Source of the DNA: Nitrospirota bacterium
Lineage (GTDB): Bacteria > Nitrospirota > UBA9217
NCBI GenBank assembly: GCA_963840455.1
Contig: CAWIYV010000011.1
Coordinates: 1-64,000, forward strand
Length of the DNA: 64,000 bases
Direction of reading: 5' to 3'
The notes beneath the pieces were generated by a model. It made no database searches, was not told where the DNA came from, and saw only the letters and a program-made list of their open reading frames with translations. Shown piece after piece: positions 59,748-64,000 of this stretch. The position numbers were made by a program, and so were the translations under genes. Every line of letters begins with the position of its first letter. Within the stretch, counting starts at the first letter, position 1.

Positions 59748-60227
59748 CTATTTTGTCTCAGCTTTCGTCTCTGTCCTCGTATCAGCCTTCGGCTCCGGTC
59801 TCGGCTCTGCCTTTGCCTCGGTCTTCAGCAGGCCCAGGCTCTTGTTGGCATCGGGGATAAGCGCGCTGTCGGGGTACTGCTTCATGAACTCGTCCAGCTC
59901 CTTGATCGCGGCCGTGGTATCGCCCTTTTCCGCGAACGCCATCCACTCCTTGAACTCCTTCAGTTCCTCCTCGGTAACCGGCTCTTCGGCCTTCTTTCCC
60001 TTCCAGTAGAGCTTGCTCCTGCCGCTGTCATCCTTTGCTCCGCGCACCCCAGCCACGTCGGTGCTCACCGGCAGCCTCTTCCGGGGCGCGATGACGTCGA
60101 TCTTCTTCTGCAGCTCCTTGAACCATGCGCTGAGACCCGTTTCCCTGGCTGCCGGCCGCTCCTCGGCATAAGCCGTGCCGTACGCTACAGCGATAATGAC
60201 CATCAACCCCAGACATCGTTTGAGCAT
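59748..60227 (-). CDS. Secreted protein with TPR-like C-terminus
   Basis: Signal peptide (AYA), VAGVRGA motif, A...L.EF..QYPDS.L..DA TPR-like pattern. Confidence 0.7.
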   Translation of the reverse strand: MLKRCLGLMVIIAVAYGTAYAEERPAARETGLSAWFKELQKKIDVIAPRKRLPVSTDVAGVRGAKDDSGRSKLYWKGKKAEEPVTEEELKEFKEWMAFAEKGDTTAAIKELDEFMKQYPDSALIPDANKSLGLLKTEAKAEPRPEPKADTRTETKAETK

Positions 60228-60319
60228 ATAACCTCCTTATACCGGTTCGACGAAGAAGAAGATCAACCGAAGATGATGCCCTGTCTCCTGTCTCCTGTCT
60301 CCTGTCCTGACCCCCTGCT

Positions 60320-63300
60320 TTATTTCGTGACTCCCAACTCTGCCGCGAGGTCGCCGTACCGGCGCAGGACCCGCGGGTCCTCGGCGACTGCGTCCCTGAA
60401 CACCTTTCTGGCCTCGTCCTTCCTGCCGGCGCGTAAGTGGACCCGGGCAAGGTTCACCATGGTACCCGTGTCACGCGGCTCGGCCTTGAGCGATGCCTCG
60501 TAGGCCTGGCGCGCATCGTCGAGGCGCTCCTGCAGAAGATAGATGTTCCCGATGTTGTTCAGCGCCATGGCGTTCTGCTTGTCCACGGCGAGCAGTTTCT
60601 GGAACTGTTCGAGGGCCTCGGCATACATGCCGTTCTCCCCGTAGAGGATGCCGAGCTGGGCAAGGGCCGTGGCGTCATCCGGCGTCTTCCTGAGCGCAGC
60701 GAGGTAGCCCGCCGAAAGGTTCGTCAGCCGCTGGCGGCCCAGCGTCTCGAGCTCGTCCTTGAACTTCGCCTCGATATCCTCCTGCTTGATCTTGATCTGC
60801 CGCATGTCGGTGGGCGGGAGCGTCACGGGACTGAACTGCTCCCATGCCTTCTGGACCTCGATGATGTCGGTCTTCCCCTTCGCCAGCCAGTCGCGGTATT
60901 CTTCGGCACCTTTCTGCCACGCACGGGTGAAGGTCGAGCCCACCATGGTCATTTCCACCGGCACCCAGACCGTTCCCCGGTGGATGATGAGCAGGGAGTC
61001 GGGGAAGCCCAGGGACTGCTTGTCCGCTTCCGCCAAGCCGGTGTTGAACATGATGAACACATGCCCCGGCACGTCCACCAGCGCGGTGCCGATGCCGATG
61101 TTCTCGAGCGCGGCCAGGAACAGGATCGAGAGGTCGTCGCAGTCGCCGCTCTTTCGCGCCAGCGTGTCGCGGGGGTACTGGACATAGTCCACGGCCCCGG
61201 CTTTCTCAGAGAACTCCTGGAAGGGGCTCGTGGGATCGACGATGTACGACAGGCCGTATACGCCGAGGGCCGCGTAGAGCGTCCTGGCATACACCAGGGA
61301 CGGGTGCAGGTTCGGGTAGGCGTCCACGTAAGGCTGGATCACGCTGCGAGCGAAGTCGGCCACCGGCGGGTCCTTGGGCGTCACGAATGCCCCGATCCTT
61401 ATCTTCTGGTCCCAGGTCATGGCGTGCCGCTCATAGAGCGTGACCGGGAAGCTCCGTTTCACGGTCTTCGCTTCGCCGGCGATGTAGAAGGTCAGGGCGG
61501 CCTCGCTCTGGAGCGGTGTGTTCTCCGTGACCTCGAGGATCCTGTTATTGAATACCGGCTTGATCAGGAGATCCGCTTCCTGCTTCGGGCCGACCTCGAG
61601 CACCGCGATCTCCGTCGGGAAGTCCATGTAGTCCTTGATGGAAAAAGTGAGCATCGCCGCCGGGAAGGGGTTGTCCGTGTTGTTCCTCAGCACGACCTTG
61701 CCCAGGGGGTGGGACTCGTAGTGCTTGTACGCAGACGCGAATATCTCGCGCATTTCGATCCTGACGATCTCCACCGGCGGCGCGGTGAGTGACGCCCGGG
61801 GCGTGGTGGCGAACACCACTTCGCCGGGCGGACTCTCATCGCCTTCCTTGCCCACGGCCGTGACCTGGTAGTAGTACAGCGCCTCGTCAGTAAGCGCCCC
61901 GTCAACGAACAACGGGCGGTCGATCTTGCCGACCTGCTCGAATCCGGTACCGAGCTGCCGCGTCCGGTACACCCGGTAATGGTCCACGAAGGGCTCCAGG
62001 TTCGGTATCCACGAGAGCGTGATCTGCTTCTCCGCCGCGTCGATCCGCATCTTCTTCGGTGAGGTCGGGACGAGCCGCGGCGTGACTGCCGAGACCGTCT
62101 TTGACGGCGCGCTCTCGTTCCCCTCCCTTGCCTGGCCGCTCACCCGGTAGTGGTAGGCCCGGTTGCTCGGAAGCCCGCGGTCCACGAAGAACGGCTCCGC
62201 CGTGGAGGCGAGGAACCTGAACTCGGCGTTCGGCGCGTCGGCACGATAGATCTTGTAGTGCTCCAGGACGCTTTCAGGATTCGGCTTCCAGCTTAGCTGG
62301 ACCTCGTTCATCTTCGGCTGGGCTGCAACATCCGCCGGGACCGACGGTGTCAGCAGGAGCGTGAAGACCTGGACACGGTTGTTGCCGCGGTCTCCCACAT
62401 ACAGCCGCGTACCGCCCTCCAGGGCGAGCCCCGCGGGCGACCGGAACTCGCCGGGGCCCTTCCCTTCATTTCCGAACTTGCGCAGGAACTTGCCTTCCCG
62501 GTCAAAGACCTGGACACGGGCGTTGCCCCCGTCAAGGACGTAGACCTCTCCATCAGGCGAGAGCACGATGCCTTCCGGGTCCTTGAACTCCCCGTCCAGC
62601 CTGCCCGCCTTCCCCGCCTCCCACTGGAGCGCGCCGGAATGGTCGTACTTGGCGATGCGGTTGTTCCCGCGGTCGACGACGTAGATGTTCTCGCTCCCGT
62701 CCACGGCGAGCGCCACCGGCTCGGCGAATTGCCCCTTCTGGCCGCCCGGTCTGCCAAAGGCGCCGAGGAAGAGGCCCTTGGCGCTGAAGACCTGGACCCG
62801 CCGGTTCCCGGTATCGGCGCAAACGATGTTCCCCTTGAGCGTCAGCGCGACAGCGGAAGGCGAGTTGAACTCGCCTTCCTTCGAACCGCTCCTGCCGATC
62901 ACCTGCAGGAGGCTCCCCTCGCGGTTGAACTTCTGTAGCCGGTCGTTGCCCGTGTCGGCGACCCAGAAATTGCCGCTTATGTCCACCGCGATCCCGCGCG
63001 GGTTCTTGAGCATGCCCGGCTCGCTGCCGCGCGCGCCGATCTTCCTGCCGCCGGCAACATTGATTGCGGCAACGGAGTCGCCGGAGATCCCCCAGAGACG
63101 CTTGTCCACCGCGAGGGCGACAACCTCTCCGGGTATTTCCTTGGTGAGCGCAACGGATGCCAACGGAGAGACCGGCCCGAGCGGCTCACCCGCGCCTTTC
63201 TCGCTGGTGAAGACCTGGAGCGTATGCTTGCCGCTGTCCAGGAGGTGGATCCTTGCCTCGCGGTCCACCTTGATTCCCGACGGCTTTATGAACTGTCCCG

Positions 63301-64000
63301 GACCGAGGCCCTCAGAACCCACGGAACCCAGCAGCTTTCCCTGGGGATCGAACTTCTTGATTTTTAGATTTCCGGTGTCGGCGACATAGATGTTTCCATA
63401 GTCGTCAACGGCCAGCCCCCGGGGCCTGTCGAACCCTTCGGCCCCTTTCCCGCTGCTGCCGAAGGACAGGACCTGTTCCCCACGCGCGTCGAAGACGCGC
63501 ACCTTGTTGGCGCCTGCGTCCAGAACCATGATCCTGCCCTGGCTGTCCACGGCCACGTCCACCGGCGACCTCATCGGGTCCTTCTTGTCGGACAAGGTGA
63601 TCTGTCCCAGGAAGATGCCGCCCGTGGTCAGGACCTGTACGCGTTCGTTCCCGGCATCGGCGATGTAGACCAGTCCTCTGGCGATGCTGATGCCGCCCGG
63701 ATCGCTGAACTGCTTCGGCCCCGAGCCGCGGGAGCCGAAGCTCCGGAGGAAGACGCCCTTCCCGTCGAACACCTGGATCCGTCCGTTATCGCCGTCGACA
63801 ACGTACACGCTCCCCTGCTCGTCCAGGGCGATGCCCGACGGGTACTTAAACTGGCCTTCCTGGTCGCCCTTCTTGCCCCAGCTCTGGATGACCTGGCCGG
63901 ACAAGTCGAGGACGACAACTCGGTGCGCGTCGGAGTCGGCGATGTAAATCCGATCGACGGCAAGGGCAAGGGCACGGGGCTCGTTCAGGAGACGCTGGGG
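60320..64000 (-). CDS. Large NHL-repeat / fibronectin III / transglutaminase-like / TPR protein (5' end beyond window)
   Basis: Many NHL repeats, two FN3 repeats (LSW.PN..Y..YR), GDCDD...GHVF...WVPVE core, C-terminal TPRs; frame open to base 64000. Confidence 0.85.
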   Translation of the reverse strand, partial: PQRLLNEPRALALAVDRIYIADSDAHRVVVLDLSGQVIQSWGKKGDQEGQFKYPSGIALDEQGSVYVVDGDNGRIQVFDGKGVFLRSFGSRGSGPKQFSDPGGISIARGLVYIADAGNERVQVLTTGGIFLGQITLSDKKDPMRSPVDVAVDSQGRIMVLDAGANKVRVFDARGEQVLSFGSSGKGAEGFDRPRGLAVDDYGNIYVADTGNLKIKKFDPQGKLLGSVGSEGLGPGQFIKPSGIKVDREARIHLLDSGKHTLQVFTSEKGAGEPLGPVSPLASVALTKEIPGEVVALAVDKRLWGISGDSVAAINVAGGRKIGARGSEPGMLKNPRGIAVDISGNFWVADTGNDRLQKFNREGSLLQVIGRSGSKEGEFNSPSAVALTLKGNIVCADTGNRRVQVFSAKGLFLGAFGRPGGQKGQFAEPVALAVDGSENIYVVDRGNNRIAKYDHSGALQWEAGKAGRLDGEFKDPEGIVLSPDGEVYVLDGGNARVQVFDREGKFLRKFGNEGKGPGEFRSPAGLALEGGTRLYVGDRGNNRVQVFTLLLTPSVPADVAAQPKMNEVQLSWKPNPESVLEHYKIYRADAPNAEFRFLASTAEPFFVDRGLPSNRAYHYRVSGQAREGNESAPSKTVSAVTPRLVPTSPKKMRIDAAEKQITLSWIPNLEPFVDHYRVYRTRQLGTGFEQVGKIDRPLFVDGALTDEALYYYQVTAVGKEGDESPPGEVVFATTPRASLTAPPVEIVRIEMREIFASAYKHYESHPLGKVVLRNNTDNPFPAAMLTFSIKDYMDFPTEIAVLEVGPKQEADLLIKPVFNNRILEVTENTPLQSEAALTFYIAGEAKTVKRSFPVTLYERHAMTWDQKIRIGAFVTPKDPPVADFARSVIQPYVDAYPNLHPSLVYARTLYAALGVYGLSYIVDPTSPFQEFSEKAGAVDYVQYPRDTLARKSGDCDDLSILFLAALENIGIGTALVDVPGHVFIMFNTGLAEADKQSLGFPDSLLIIHRGTVWVPVEMTMVGSTFTRAWQKGAEEYRDWLAKGKTDIIEVQKAWEQFSPVTLPPTDMRQIKIKQEDIEAKFKDELETLGRQRLTNLSAGYLAALRKTPDDATALAQLGILYGENGMYAEALEQFQKLLAVDKQNAMALNNIGNIYLLQERLDDARQAYEASLKAEPRDTGTMVNLARVHLRAGRKDEARKVFRDAVAEDPRVLRRYGDLAAELGVTK

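Overview
GC-rich bacterial chromosome window. The 16S signature and gene content suggest an anaerobic Nitrospirota-like lineage (inference, not database-checked). It opens with a truncated minus-strand 16S rRNA gene with tandem promoters. Housekeeping genes follow: tyrS, ribF, gap-pgk-tpiA-secG, ABC transporters, hemE-hemH-hemY, a pterin/folate cluster, galT-glgA with a two-component system, rlmD, dusB, uup, an ahbD-like radical SAM gene and a nagA/ampG region. An accessory island at ~40.3-53.3 kb encodes a c7-type triheme cytochrome, a full-length homolog of the Geobacter OmcS nanowire cytochrome, an NHL beta-propeller protein and a ~31-heme 1472-aa cytochrome, mixed with three decayed genes. 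Seven copies of a ~110-bp non-autonomous IS200/IS605-type element show the guide/cleavage-site base-pairing logic, and all are co-oriented with transcription. One disrupts a dsrC/tusE-like gene; another appears domesticated as the new start of rlmD. Also present: about 17 junctions with 7-9-bp tandem-repeat arms (mostly inverted pairs), a degenerate attC after a foreign lipoprotein gene, and unannotated microproteins.
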